A program made the translations under genes and the position numbers. The notes beneath the pieces are model-generated. The model worked only from the letters and a program-made list of their open reading frames with translations, was not told the DNA's origin and made no database searches. Positions 51,706-64,000 of a stretch of DNA of 64,000 bases are shown here, one piece after another. Origin of the DNA: Daphnia carinata (lineage: Eukaryota); assembly GCF_022539665.2 (NCBI RefSeq), contig NC_081333.1, forward strand, positions 5,952,001 through 6,016,000, written 5' to 3'. Within the stretch, counting starts at the first letter, position 1. Every line of letters begins with the position of its first letter.

Positions 51706-52397
51706 CTGAATGAGTTTCGCGGGGCTTTTGTGGTTGCTGGGAACAAAGATATGTTAACACGAAGACTAGTTTATTATTATTAACATTCGATAAATAACGT
51801 TTATAGGAATAATGTTACAAACTTAAACTATCGTCTGAGGCAAGGACAAAAAAAAAATATTATAATTCAATATTGATTCTCATACCATTTATTTCCTTAT
51901 CACATTTTCAATTCTTTTCACACGTACAAAGAGCCAAATAAATGTATTAAAATCATAATCTATTGCTATAACTATGCCAGGCGGTGACTGCTAACTGTTA
52001 TCTAGGCTTGGAGCGCTTTTCACCCAAGCAATAAATAGTTCGAGCAAAACTGGAATATTCAATTTGCGTAGGAACGTCTAAGAGTCAAACTTAAATAGTT
52101 AATGCATGGCTTTTGTTACAGAGCAACCTTTTGTTAAAGAATAACCTCATCGTTAGTACGAGGGAACCATCTACGTCTCTGGGAAGGAGTCGCGCCATTC
52201 CAGCAATTATAAATGATTTTTTACGAGTCTGTTACTAGCGAAGACACTAAACCATTTAAAATGAATCTAAGATTTTTTTTTCTTCCAATTTTCCACGATC
52301 ATGGAAAGCATGCTAGTGTATTGTTATAAAAAACTATCACATGGCTTGCACATGATAGAACACGAGTTTAGCTCATCCATAAGACAGTATCAGTATT

Positions 52398-53593
52398 TCA
52401 TACGATAACTTTGCTTGTTTTTCTTTAGTTTATTCCTTTTATGTTCTTTCTTTTCAGTTTTCTTTTTCTTAATGTTGGCATTTCTCTTTTTCTGTTGTTA
52501 TTCCATTCTCTTTTCCTTTTCTTCGATGCGTTCAGCCCAATTTTTTTAAAATTTCTGATTTGATTTTATCTCGTTTCTTCATTTATTTGTCATGCAATTT
52601 CACACAGTCTTTTACCTATTGCAATAAAGAAAGGTTAAAAGTTTTGAAGATCTTACAAATGTGTTTGTCAAATTGAAAGTTTACCTGAAAACCTTCAGCT
52701 ATTTGCAGAGCGCCATTTAATGCCTGTTTCTCTTCAATGCTTCTTGCATTCTCAACTTCAGCTTGGCCTACCAAGATTTTCACTTTTGGTATAAGTTTTT
52801 TATTTTCATTTTAATCGTTGCCACTTCTGGATCTAAAGTGGTCTTTTTTAGAATGGTTGAGGGATTAAATAGTTCTCCAAAATCAAATTTGCTGAAAACT
52901 AGGCAGCCTTCACTATGGAAAATTGGTGTTGGCAGTGTACTTGCTAGTCTTGGTTCTAGAATTTCTGTTTTGACAAACTCTGAAAGATCAGAGGTTGATG
53001 ACACAGATGCTGCCTTGGTGGCTCGTGCAAGTTTGGCATTTCAGGACCTCTTCTTCTTATTTTTCCATTTAAATTTATCTTCATTTCATCTAACTTCCAT
53101 TTAGTTTGGTTTTTGTTGTCTTATCAGACAAATCCAGCTTTTTTCCTTGAAAATCAATGGGATAAGCTGGCTGATGTACCTTAAATGTAAAGTTTAACAC
53201 ATACCTGTGAAGCGTGAGAGCTTGCTGTTAGATGTTCTTCCATTTCTTCAGGATTGTAAGCACAGATCCTGGTGACAGTTTTTTGGAAAGAACTACTGTG
53301 TGTCTACACCAGCCTTATTACTATCAAGATCTTGAATTGTAGAAACACTTTGTGTTGAAATATTGGTCAATGAGCTAGAAATGAAAAGGTCTTCAGAAGA
53401 GAGTTGCTTTTTAAGAGCGACGATGTCAACGGGCCCTCGCTTTTTATCAGGCTCTTGATTTTTTGGGTCCAATTCCTACACATTTTGTTTAGATGACACT
53501 TTCAAGTTCTTGTTTTCCGTTTTTCCACTTACCAAAAGTGATCATAATCTTTAAACTTTATTATTATTTACCTTGGTCACTCAACATTATCAT
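52398..53593 (-). pseudogene. SURF6: Surfeit locus protein 6-like pseudogene (start approximate)
   Basis: PIFHSEGCLVFSKFDF...KKTTLDP; EEKQALNGALQIAEG|VKD; KNWAERIEE...QQKKRNANIKKKK: SURF6 C-terminal signature with introns; stops and frameshifts. Confidence 0.75.
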
Positions 53594-53654
53594 GGATCAC
53601 TCCATAGATCACACTATACGAACGTAGCCTATTGTTATTTTCGTTCGAGAACGA

Positions 53655-54185
53655 CATTTTCAAGCCAAATCCAGCTTCAGGACGCCTCCACTTGAGGGCA
53701 GTATAAGCAGATGAAAACCATGAACAATAACAAAGTAACTAAATTTTGTTGAATTTGTAATATAAGAAATAAATTTTTTTTAAACAATAAAAATAGACAA
53801 TCTTAAGAGTTTGTTTTATAACGGTTTTTTTTGTACTACCATTACGATTTTTATACGATTTTTTGGATACTTACTCTGCTTAAACTGCCCTCAGGTGGAG
53901 GCGTCCTGAAGCTAGATTTGGCTTGAAAGTGTCGATCTTTAAAGAAAAAAACAATAGGCTAGGTTCGTCGCCATTTTCAAGCCAAATCTAGCTTCAGGAC
54001 GCCTCCACTTGAGGGCAGTATAGGCAGAGCAAGTATCCAAAAAATCGTATGAATGATAGTACAAAAAACAAACGTAGTAAAATAAACTCTTAAGATTGTC
54101 TATTTAAATTTTTAAAAAATTTTAAGTCTTATATTACAAATTCAACAAAATTTAGTTACTTTGTTATTGTTCATAGTTTCCATCT
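53655..54185. repeat. Small TIR element plus an inverted partial copy at the centre of the palindrome
   Basis: CATTTTCAAGCCAAAT(C/T)...CAGGACGCCTCCACTTGAGGGCAGT at 53655 and 53972, inverted at ~53876-53935; 53971-54183 is the reverse complement of ~53710-53935. Confidence 0.8.
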
Positions 54186-54329
54186 ATCGGTGTAGTATGC
54201 GAATTCCATTGATAGCTTTGCTGTTATTGTCTGCTAGCATCGAAGCTAGTACCGAAAGAATTCGGTGAAACAAGGGAAAAGGTCGTTATTGCAACAAAAT
54301 GTTTCGGTGCAATAGATTCTACCAAAAAC

Positions 54330-54965
54330 TCCTTTTACCATAAAGGACGGCTGGCTGCTTTAAAGAGGTAAATTGAGTAAGCTCTTTTACAGAGACCTAC
54401 GTGCAGCTTGCACTGAAATTGTTGATGTGGAACATATTATGCATTCTCATTCACATTCAATGTTTATTTTGTTTCCTAGGAGAACACAGAAAAATTGGCG
54501 TCAAAGGTTTTTTGTTATACGGGATTATTGATTATTACTAGGATCCAAGCATAAACCAAAGCCAAACATAGGACTTGCTTAACCACTCAACAATTTTACT
54601 GTGAAAGGATGCCAAATTATGAAAGCGGTATAACATTTTACTAACCAATACATCTTAGAATTTCTTTACTTTGTTTTTGCATGATACCAGAGGATCATCC
54701 AAACCATCCACCTTTCTGATTTGAAGTCTTCAATGGATGAATGCAATTGAAACGAGTTTTCATATTGAGTCTGAAAAGAAAGGTATGTGAAGGGTCAAAA
54801 CCTAATTTTTAAAATATTCATATGTTGTGGTTTTCTTCTGCATGAAACAACAAAAATTGTGAGCATAACTTTGTTGTTGGATTCTAGGGAAGAATGGATG
54901 ACTGCTATTGATCATGTTGCTGAACAGCTTTATACAGATCCTGATAGCAATCATGTGGATATGCC
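54330..54965 (+). pseudogene. Akt: Akt/PKB PH-domain fragment (4 exons with introns)
   Basis: IKDGWL..R|GEH..NWRQRFF...PLNNFTVKGCQIMK|..LQWMNAIETSFHIESEK|REEWMTAIDHVAE; frameshifts and stops. Confidence 0.85.
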
Positions 54966-54969
54966 AGCT

Positions 54970-55858
54970 GTTTCTGAAAAAACATCAGGAACCATGCTCC
55001 CAATCCTGAAGAAATGGAAGAATGTCTAACAGTTAAGCTCTCGCACTTCACAGGTATGTGTTAATCTTTACATTTAAGGAAGACTGGCCAGTTCATTCCA
55101 TTGATTTTCAGGGAAAAAGCTGGATTTATCTGATAAGAAAACATAAACCAAACTAAACGAAAGTTAGATGAAATGAAGAAGAAATTTAAATGGAAAAATA
55201 AGAAGAAGAGGTCATGAATTGCCAAACTTGCACGAGTCACCCAGGCAGCATCTGTGCCATCAACCTCTGGTCCTTCAGAGTTTGTCAAAGCAGAAATTCC
55301 TGAAAGAAGATTAGCAATTACACTGCCAACACCAATTTTCAACAGTGAAGGCTGCCTAGTTTTCATGAAATTTGATTTTGGAGAACTATTTAATCCCTCA
55401 CCCATTCTGAAAAAGACCACTTTAGATCAATAAGTGGCAACGATTAAAATGAAGAAGAAAAGCTTAAACCGATAGTGAGAATCTTGGTAGGCTAAGCTGA
55501 AGTTCAGAATGCAAGAAGCATTGAAGAGAAACAGGCATGAAATGGTGCTTTGCGAATAGCTGAAGGTTTTCAGGTAAACTTTCAATTTTACAAACACATT
55601 TGTAAGGTCTCGAAACTTTTAACCTTTCTGTATTGCAATAGGTAAAAGACTGTGTGGAATTGCTTGACAAATAAATTAAGAAACGAGATAAAATCAAATC
55701 AGAAAGTAAAAAACAATTGGGCTGAACGCATCGAAGAAAAGGAAATGAGAAAGGAATAACAACAGAAAAAGAGAAATGCCAACATTAAGAAAAAGAAAAC
55801 TGAAAAGAAAGAACATTAAGTGAATAAACTAAAGAAAAAAGGCAAACTTATCGTATGA
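54970..55858 (+). pseudogene. SURF6: SURF6-like pseudogene, 3' part (fused to the Akt fragment)
   Basis: PIFNSEGCLVFMKFDF...VKD...QQKKRNANIKKKK...LKKKGKLIV*; inverted paralog of 52398-53290. Confidence 0.75.
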
Positions 55859-57170
55859 AATACTGATGCTGACTCATGGATGAGCTAAGCTCGTGTTCTG
55901 TCATGTGCAAGCCATGTCGTGATTGTTTTTTATAAGAATACACTGGCATGCCTTCCATGATCGTGGAAAATTTGAAGAAAAAAAATCATAGATTCATTTT
56001 AAAAGGTTTAGTATCTTTACTAATATCAGACTCATAAAAGAAAGTCCTTCATGGTAAAAAATAATTAAAATTGATTTTTAATTGTTAGTAGCTTTGTTAA
56101 CGGCAAGTGCAAAGCTTCCTTATATTTCGCTGTAGTATATGATGTGTAATTAGGTAACCAACAGCTGCTTGAAAATGTGCATAGAGGGAAAACAAGACAC
56201 AAAACGTAAAAATTCATTTATAATTGCTGGAAAAACGCGAGTTCTTACCAGAGACGTAGATGGTTCTCTCGGACTAAACGCGAGGTTGTTCTTTCACAAA
56301 AGATTGCTCTTTAACAAAAGCCATGCAATAGCTATTTAAGTTTGACTCATAGACGTTCCTGCGCAAATTGAATATTCAAGTTTTGCTCGAACTATTTATT
56401 GCTTTGGTGAAAAGCGCTCCAAGCCTAGATAACAATTAGCAGTCACCGCCTGGCATAGTTATAGGCTTATAGCAGGAGGTTATGATTTTAATATATTTAT
56501 TTGACTCTATGTAATTGTTAAAAGAATTGAAAATGTGATAAGAAAATAAATGGTATGAGAATCAATGTTGAATTATAAAATTCTTTCTTTTTGTCCTTGT
56601 CTCAAACGATAGTTTAAGTTTGTAATGTTCTTCCTATAAAAATTATTTATCCAATGTTAATAATAATAAACTAGTCTTCGTATTAACATATCTTTGTTCC
56701 CAGCAACCACAAAAGCCCCGCGGAACTCATTCAGTTTCCGTATTCACAACAAATCAGTGGCCTTTACCTATGGAATAAGTATCGAAAAAGGGAAGTTATA
56801 AGGGAGTTGGACTAAGGATTGGGGGGAATGATCAAAGAGGGTGGACAGAACAAGGCTAAGTGCAAAAAACATATATTTCTTATATTATATTTAAAGAAGC
56901 GATAGTAGTTCAATAAACAAAAATTGTGAAAAATGAACTTTATTTAACGGGATATTAGCAATATATAAATACTAACATAATCCGAAATAAGATTGCTATC
57001 GAATAAATAATCAAAGATTAACTAGCGTACATACGCTAACATTGTTTCATCTCGGCAAACCTTATAGAAAGTCACGGTTTCAGTAACTTTTGTATATTTC
57101 AACTTCCACGGAATAGGAGATTGGAATGACATTTTGGAAACAAATATAAAGTGTTTAGGAACATGGAAAT

Positions 57171-57309
57171 TGACTGGAGAAAAAGGCCCAGTCCCATGAA
57201 GAAAAAGGCCCACTTTTAAAATTGGAAAAAATTGGTCCTATTTTGAATGGGCATTTTTCGTATAGGCCTTTTTCTCCGGCCTTTTTCGTCTGGGCCTTTT
57301 TCTACGACC
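57171..57309. repeat. Small MITE-like inverted repeat
   Basis: GAAAAAGGCCC repeats on the left facing GGCCTTTTTC repeats on the right. Confidence 0.55.
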
Positions 57310-57334
57310 TCCTGGTTGATTGCTGGTGCTTACA

Positions 57335-59117
57335 GTATTACGCTGCAATTTAAGAATTTTGAAACTGAAACGGGGAAAGACACACTGAAAGTATGTAGAT
57401 ATGTAGCTTAACTTATGGTTACCGTATGTGAAGTGGTTATTCGCTGACAAGGTTGTATTTATATTTGCAGATTTATTTGGGAACAACAAAGTCTTCAGAG
57501 CTTTTTGCCGATTTAAGTGGCCCATATATGCCAAATGCAATAACCAAGTATACTGAATCAATTTTGCTAGTGTTTACAAGCGATTCAGCGAACAGCTATA
57601 CAGGATTCAGTATTACCTACCAAATCGTAGTAAGTAAAATGGAGGAGAGCTAGCGAGAATTAATGGTTTCAAACGTAAAATTTTCGTGAATGCAGTCTGA
57701 CTAGCACCGAATATCCTTAAATAGACGATAACGTAGAATAGATGGTTGAACCGGATGGTTTTCTAAGCGTTCGAAAGTAAGCGTGCTTTAGCAATCCCAA
57801 AATAAGCGTCTGTATAGCAATAGCAATTTAATCGCTTTACAACCACCGATGCATACTCGGTTTTCACTTTAAGAGCCTTAGTTATGTTAGTTGTTTAATG
57901 CAGTTAGTTTCTAGTGTAATACCATGAAGGATCAATGTAAGCAAAGAAGCATAGCATACATATTAAAATAGTATATGTGTAAAGTAGAGGGGAACCCACC
58001 AAGGCATTCTTCTCTTTCATTAACACGTCTTGCAAGCATTAAACAAAAATGTGATGTTTACTGATCTAAGTTTATATGTCTAATATACTGTAATACGTTT
58101 GGTTTTTGGTGTGGTAGGTTCGACCAACAACACTTCCTTCTTCTACTACACCCAGAACTAAAGCTACTCCAACATACGCTCCAATTATCTGCGGTAGGCC
58201 TATACTTTTGAGCTGTAATATAATATTGAACATGACGGTTTTAACAAACACCAGCCTTGTCTCCAGTAAATTAAACGGAGAAAGTCTGGAGTGCTTTTTC
58301 TAAGTACCCATTTCTGTGTTTCCGTATATGAGAAAGTTACCAGTTTCATTGTCAACATTTTTTTATTAAAATTTCGAAGGCAGCTCAACAGAAACAGACT
58401 ACCTAACGACTTATCCGTGGAACGTCACAACAGGAAACCCATCGGGTAAAACCTTGTATATGTTTGCTTACGGATCGATTAAGGATTCACTTGGATCCTT
58501 TTACATTTACTTTCATTTGATTTCTACACGTTTTCCTTTTTATTTTGCGGAACCTTCTAATTGTGGCGGTTTAATTAGTGGGTACAGCGGCATCCTCGAG
58601 TCACCAAACTACCCAAATGAATACGGAAACTGGCTTGATTGCCGCTGTTTAGTCCAAGTACCATGCGGCTATCGAATGCGATTGTACTTCAATTCTTTTA
58701 ACACGGAATCGGGTTACGATGTCGTTAATGTACGATAACGCAAATTTTATTACTACTTCTTATAGAGAGGTCGGTAACTCGACTCGACGGCGAAGTGCAT
58801 TAGGTTATAGAATATTACCATGTTACTTACGTAAATTGTACGAGGTTCAAAAATTTCTCCCCGATTTCACAAAATTTTAGAATAGCTGCCTACCAACTCA
58901 GTTTATATTTCCTTATCCAAAATCTTTATCTTTTAAATATACCAACTATTAGGTTCATGACGAACCATCCACAAGCGACTACCTTCTTCTGAGGGCATCT
59001 GGCACCAGTCGTCCTTCTACCGTATGTTCGAGCTCAAATGAAATTCTGTTGCGATTCACGACGGACAGCTCCGGAACCAGATCGGGTTGGCAATCAACAT
59101 TTGAATACTACTACTAG
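57335..59117 (+). pseudogene. CUB-domain protein gene, 3' portion (5' end not seen)
   Basis: FETETGKDTLK|IYLG...LLVFTSDSANSYTGFSITY; CGGLISGYSGILESPNYPNEY...FNTESGYDVVN|VHD...ILLRFTTDSSGTRSGWQSTFEY. Intactness uncertain. Confidence 0.8.
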
Positions 59118-59672
59118 TTAACCTGACAATATTGTAACCGAAGCAAGAACCAAGAGTGATCAATATACAAGGATTGCGAAACGAATAGTTGCTTACACCT
59201 AGAAAAAAATGTTTAAATGCGGTATCGCTTACTCTGTTGCCTCACGATGTAATGATTATCCAGTAAATCAAACTGAATCAAAGCTATCTTCAGTCAAATC
59301 GTCCTATATCTCTTCGAACATTGGAACGATGGACCTCCTCAGAATCGAAATTCTGGTAACATCGACACGTATGCAAGAGAAATGGTCTGACTTCATTCTT
59401 GTAGTTGTTACTCGAATAGTTGTTTTTTTTCTGCCATATTTAATAGAACAATAGTTATTTCCCGTGAAGTAAGCTTCGGTAAGGTGTTCAGTAAACAGTT
59501 TTTTCCGACACACAATTAGTATTTCAACTGAACCTATGATCTTTCAACTCGCGCAACAATTGAAACGAAGTTTTTAATGGAATTCTATTGTCACTTTTGG
59601 ACAAGGTGCTATTTTAGGCTCCATTCATTGTCAGAAAGTCTTCATCAATCTTTCAATGTGTTTTCCAATTGG

Positions 59673-60034
59673 GATTGGCGGTGAAATAGGACTGAAACGA
59701 AATAGGACTGGAGAAATAGGACTGAAAATTTCCAGTCCTATTTCTACCGGAGAAATAGGACTGAGAGAAATAGGACTGACTTTTTAAAACTTTCAGGACA
59801 GTCAAAACAACAAAACAAAACAAAATAAAATAAATAGGACTATTTCTAAGGAGAAATAGGACTGATGCCGAGGAGAAATAGGACTGCTGGCATGGAGAAA
59901 TAGGACTGTCCTAAAAGTTTTAAAAAGTCAGTCCTATTTCTCCCAGTCCTATTTCTCCGGTAGAAATAGGACTGGAAATTTTCAGTCCTATTTCTCCAGT
60001 CCTATTTCGTTTCAGTCCTATTTCACCGGCTACC
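59673..60034. mobile_element. MULE-derived MITE
   Basis: GATTGGCGGTGAAATAGG ... CCTATTTCACCGGCTACC with 8-bp TSD CCAATTGG (59665-59672, 60035-60042). Confidence 0.88.
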
Positions 60035-61671
60035 CCAATTGGTTACGAAATATGATCGGACAAAATGAATTAAGAGTGCACGAAAAAAGCTCGATTTTTC
60101 ATTAAAGTAAAAGCTGTCCTATTTCCCCGTCAAAATGAGACTGTTTCTACCATCTGTTTCCAGGTTTCATGATAAACTTGGACTTATTTCAGTTAATGAT
60201 TCGGCTACTTTCCTCAAGAACGTATGTGGTATAAAGGGTCGAAAACCGTTACTTTCTAATACTTTGCCGAATATCAAACAACGGTAACGAGCTACACACT
60301 TTACTCTCTTATTATTCATTTGTTGCTAGACTCATTTTCGATTTTTTATTACCGTATTCTTCATACCATTAGCCATATTACTCCTTGCTGTCGCTGTACG
60401 TGTCATTAAGCAATCTTCCTTTTTGGTTTCTTCGAAGGTCTTTTCCCCTTGAAATGATTTTTCCATTCTTCCTTCGTCTGAAAACGTGGCAATAACATGA
60501 AGCATTTTGTAGGATTATTTTGATAAGTACATCTGTTTAATATGAGTTTATACCATGTCAGCGTATTTGTTTTCTGCCAGCGTGTAAGAATGCTTGCCTT
60601 CCTTGAACTCTTCATTGTGTTTGTCGATGTTGGCGATGTTCTTCTCCCAAATTTTTCGTCTTTTCAGTTCTTCAGCATCATTTGCATACGTCTTTCGAAA
60701 TTTTACCTGAAATGAATAAGCATTCGACTAAAAATTCCACACCAAAGAAGTATATATTAGCAGAGGCAGATGGACGGGATATTTACCTTAAAACGTTCCC
60801 AACGCTCGTCGACATCAGGATTTGGCTTGAATTCGGAGGAAGCGATCGTAGTACACACTACCACTATCAAAAGAAAAACGTAACAACACCTCATTTTGAT
60901 GAGTACAAAAACAAGCGACAGTGAAATGTAATAATTCCAACTGCCACAATTCCAACGCAACACCATAAAACGCAAAGTGTCGCACACGTTAAGGCTTGCA
61001 ATCATAAAAACCAATTTCGGGTCAATAGGATCCTCGGGCGCTTATTCAGGTGCGTTAACAGGTGTTCAAATAAACTAGCTCATTTAGCACCCTCCCACCA
61101 ATCGTCACCTCATGCCTGTAAATTACATAATAGGATGTACACATGAATTTGCTTGGTGCTTTTCATGGCTTGGAACTCATGTTTTTCCTAGAACATAACA
61201 GTTCCATTAAACTGTACCTAAGTTTCGTAGACCCTAGCTACACAAAATAAATGTTACATTACCCCTTGGAATAAGAAACCAAAAATCTATTTAGAAATTA
61301 ACAAAAAAAAAATTAAATGAATTACATGATTGAGGTGTCTCATGCAGAAACAATAAGGGAATGTGTAAAATTGCAGTAATCACTTACACTCTATTCAAAT
61401 TCTAAACAAAACCAACTTCTTTACAGGGTTGTTTGCGAGCTTGCTTGCGTCAATGAACTCTCTTTTTCTTTTTCTATTTGAAATATTTTCCACATGGCTT
61501 GCTGCTCACTATCTTCGAGATATTCTTCAGGGCGATTTTGAAGTAAAGAATCGTGCGCTTGGTAGCCACCAACCCACTCTTTCATTCGAACTGCGATGCT
61601 AGCCAACAGGTTGTCGTCAAGAAGAGAAGAATCCTCACGTTCTCGAATTGTAGCCGGTAACGATAACTGGC

Positions 61672-62460
61672 CAAAAAGTAAAATAATAAAAGTAAAATAA
61701 TAACTTTTACCTTTCGAATCATTACCTTTTTTCCTTCAATCATATGTTTTTATGAATCTCTAGAAAATGCCGTCATTTCACAGCCAAATTTGTTTTCTTT
61801 TGGTGAAATTGCGCGTTCAATAATATGCTGAAAGATTTCGCTACTTAACGCTACCAATAAATTGAAAGTTTTGTTATTTATACATGTTTAGTATTTAAAT
61901 TAACTATTCATTTTCTGGGATGTTATAGTTCTGTTTAATACCCATTATTTCCAATTAGTTAGATTATCTGGGGTTTCAAAATAATAAAAAAACTAATTAA
62001 AAGCTGCCATAATGGCGTATAAATTTTGAATTTTGACTCAGAAACCCTCCCGTTCGGCTATTTATCGTAATTGGAAAACATAACTTTTGCGAAATAATAT
62101 AGATATCTTATATAGCTATGTTTTTATAAAATCGGAATTAATTTATATTAATATTTTTATATGCAAATTCAAAGCTTAATGGCTAAAGTAGCGTTTCAAA
62201 TTTACGACCTTGAAGTCGTCCACTATTGCCGCCAGTCGATATTGCCTGGGGCTATTTGACCAAAATTGGCCAATAGAAAAAAAGTGTAATGTCACCCCAG
62301 CAGACGAAATTTAAATGTCAAAGCCGGTGTGTAAGCGAATTAGCGCATGAAAAAAAAGCGCTTTTGTTAGAAGAGGATTCGTAAAACCATTGGCTTAAGC
62401 CAACTGCTTGGCTGACTGCAAGAGCCAAACGGTTGGCCTAGGAGACGGAGACCAAGTTGT
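61672..62460 (-). repeat. Interspersed repeat (copy 2 of 18461-19270)
   Basis: Reverse-complement match to 18461-~19270. Confidence 0.85.
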
Positions 62461-62589
62461 TATATCCAGCTCATCCAATCAGTTATCAATTTTATTTTAT
62501 ATTTTTCAATTAACTCAGGTGCAGTGAGAGGGTTTTGGATGTTGCATGCAGTTGGAATGTGCTGTTGACTGGAAGAATATATTGCATGA

Positions 62590-64000
62590 TAACGGCGTTT
62601 TCCCCTATTGCGCCGAAATCTGTCGTTGCAAAAAGTGGTTTTATTCCCTATTGCACCGCAAAATTTTGTTGCAATAAAATAAGATTTCCCCTATTGTACC
62701 GAACGATTACTTATCTTACATATGTATATATTTTATAGTAAGTTATTTTAATTTCTTAGTTAACATTTTAAAATTATTAAGTATACTTACCGAAAAATTT
62801 CGTTAGCACTCACAGTTGTTTTCCCCTATTGTAACGAAAAATTAAATACATTTTAAATACCAACCGACAATACTCTTATGATTTATCTTTTTTTAAATTA
62901 AAACATTTTTACATAAACATATTACACTTGTACATACCGCCCGACAACAGTATTATGCTTCATTTTTCCGGGCAAATGTTTTTATTTGGCCGGCATTGAT
63001 AAAGTTATGATACAAGGACATTTTATGGTGACTTAAGATTAATGGTAGCAAGAAAGCGTTGTTGATTTTTGATTACTCTTTAAAGATTATCCATGGATTA
63101 GATATTATAGAGAACGGAAGCGGCCTGATGAAGAGAAGTTGTTCTAATATTATATGAGTATTAAGGATTAAAAAACTCAAAGTGCTGCTGCATTATGAAT
63201 TTGCAAAAGAGGTTGAGGTGTCGGCCAAACTATTATATACCCCATATTTATCCAAAACCTAATTAATTTTAATCGTCAATCCGATTTCAATCCTCGGCTT
63301 CCGATTTTGCACATATTTGACTTACTTGCAATTTGACTACTCATTTTTGACAAATCGTTTTTACTCTTACCTACTATTTTTAAACTAAGTTTTTATTTCA
63401 TTCCCAATTTCTTCTATTTTGACACGCGTTATATACGCTCTTTTTAATTTTGACACGCGTTATATACGCTCATTCTAATTTTCTATTATATAGATTTCAG
63501 TTCATTTTGTGTTTTTTAAAATAGCTCTATCTACACTGAAACCAGGTAAGGCTTTCAATAGTTGGGAGAAATTTGAGAATTTTTTGCAGGAATTGGATTT
63601 TTTAATTACTACCCTATACGTTTTAAGGACAAGAAAAACTATCGGTTCTTACATTAAAGTGGTAAGCATGAAACACTGGTTATATCCACTTGTAATGAAT
63701 AATAACATTAATTTTTCTCGCAGTTGAAAGGTGCAACTTTAGGCGAGAAGTGGAAATTTAAGCATGCTACCATCGTTTGCAAGCACAATGGAAAGCTCCA
63801 GTCCCGCCCGAAGGATCAGACTCGCCGAAACCATTTTCAATTTGCTTGTAATTGCCGTTTCACCTTTAAGGTAGTTTTCAACCCATGGATGAGAAATTTG
63901 TGGTCCGATAAACCGGATTCAATTTAAGTCACGAAAACCATGTCCTTTGTGCGGAACATATCCAGCTCTATCATCGAATGAGGTACTAAAAGAAAACACC
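62590..64000 (+). mobile_element. Putative MULE-like element with ZSWIM3/FAR1-type N-terminal domain, running off the window
   Basis: Subterminal TTCCCCTATTG repeats (62600-62830); FNSWEKFE...IVCKHNG...ACNCRF...HENH at ~63520-63950. Confidence 0.55.

Larger units (their letters stand above)
51706..56734. repeat. Large diverged inverted duplication (arms ~51706-53290 and ~54970-56734)
   Basis: CTGAATGAGTTTCGCGGGGCTTTTGTGGTTGCTGGG at 51706 is the reverse complement of ~56699-56734; similarity continues inward ~1.6 kb. Confidence 0.92.

Noticed and set aside
52763..55420. ORFs 52763-53104 (+) and 55061-55420 (-) as genes
   Set aside because: They are antisense shadows of the SURF6-like frames.
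59673..60034. Regular GAAATAGGACTG repeats as a CRISPR array
   Set aside because: Eukaryotic context, no unique spacers, and the repeats are inverted about the centre with a TSD: MULE subterminal repeats.
60140..61650. Possible gene remnant
   Set aside because: Short frames with no motif I can recognise; insufficient support.

Overview
Eukaryotic, AT-rich, transposon-saturated DNA. Short (~55-70 nt) GT-AG introns and the gene content point to an arthropod, possibly a Daphnia-like crustacean (inference only). The one apparently intact host gene is Mediator subunit 17 (MED17, minus strand, ~13621-16416). It is surrounded by two decayed BEL/Pao LTR retrotransposons, a Gypsy remnant with a solo LTR, MULE transposase pseudogenes with a family of related MITEs, hAT MITEs with 8-bp TSDs and a KDZ transposase remnant. 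An ~11.7-kb minus-strand Helitron hosts a CMC/EnSpm element, which in turn hosts an intact, intron-containing DD38E Tc1-like transposon with identical TIRs. The right part holds a ~5.4-kb inverted duplication of a SURF6-like pseudogene in which one arm carries captured Akt PH-domain exons, a 5'-truncated CUB-domain gene, and the start of another MULE-like element. The most unusual signals are tRNA-derived Pol III cassettes inside unrelated non-autonomous DNA transposons, a G-U-supported ~200-nt RNA structure in an oversized MED17 intron, and the Akt-SURF6 chimera. All family assignments come from motif recognition by eye; no searches were run.
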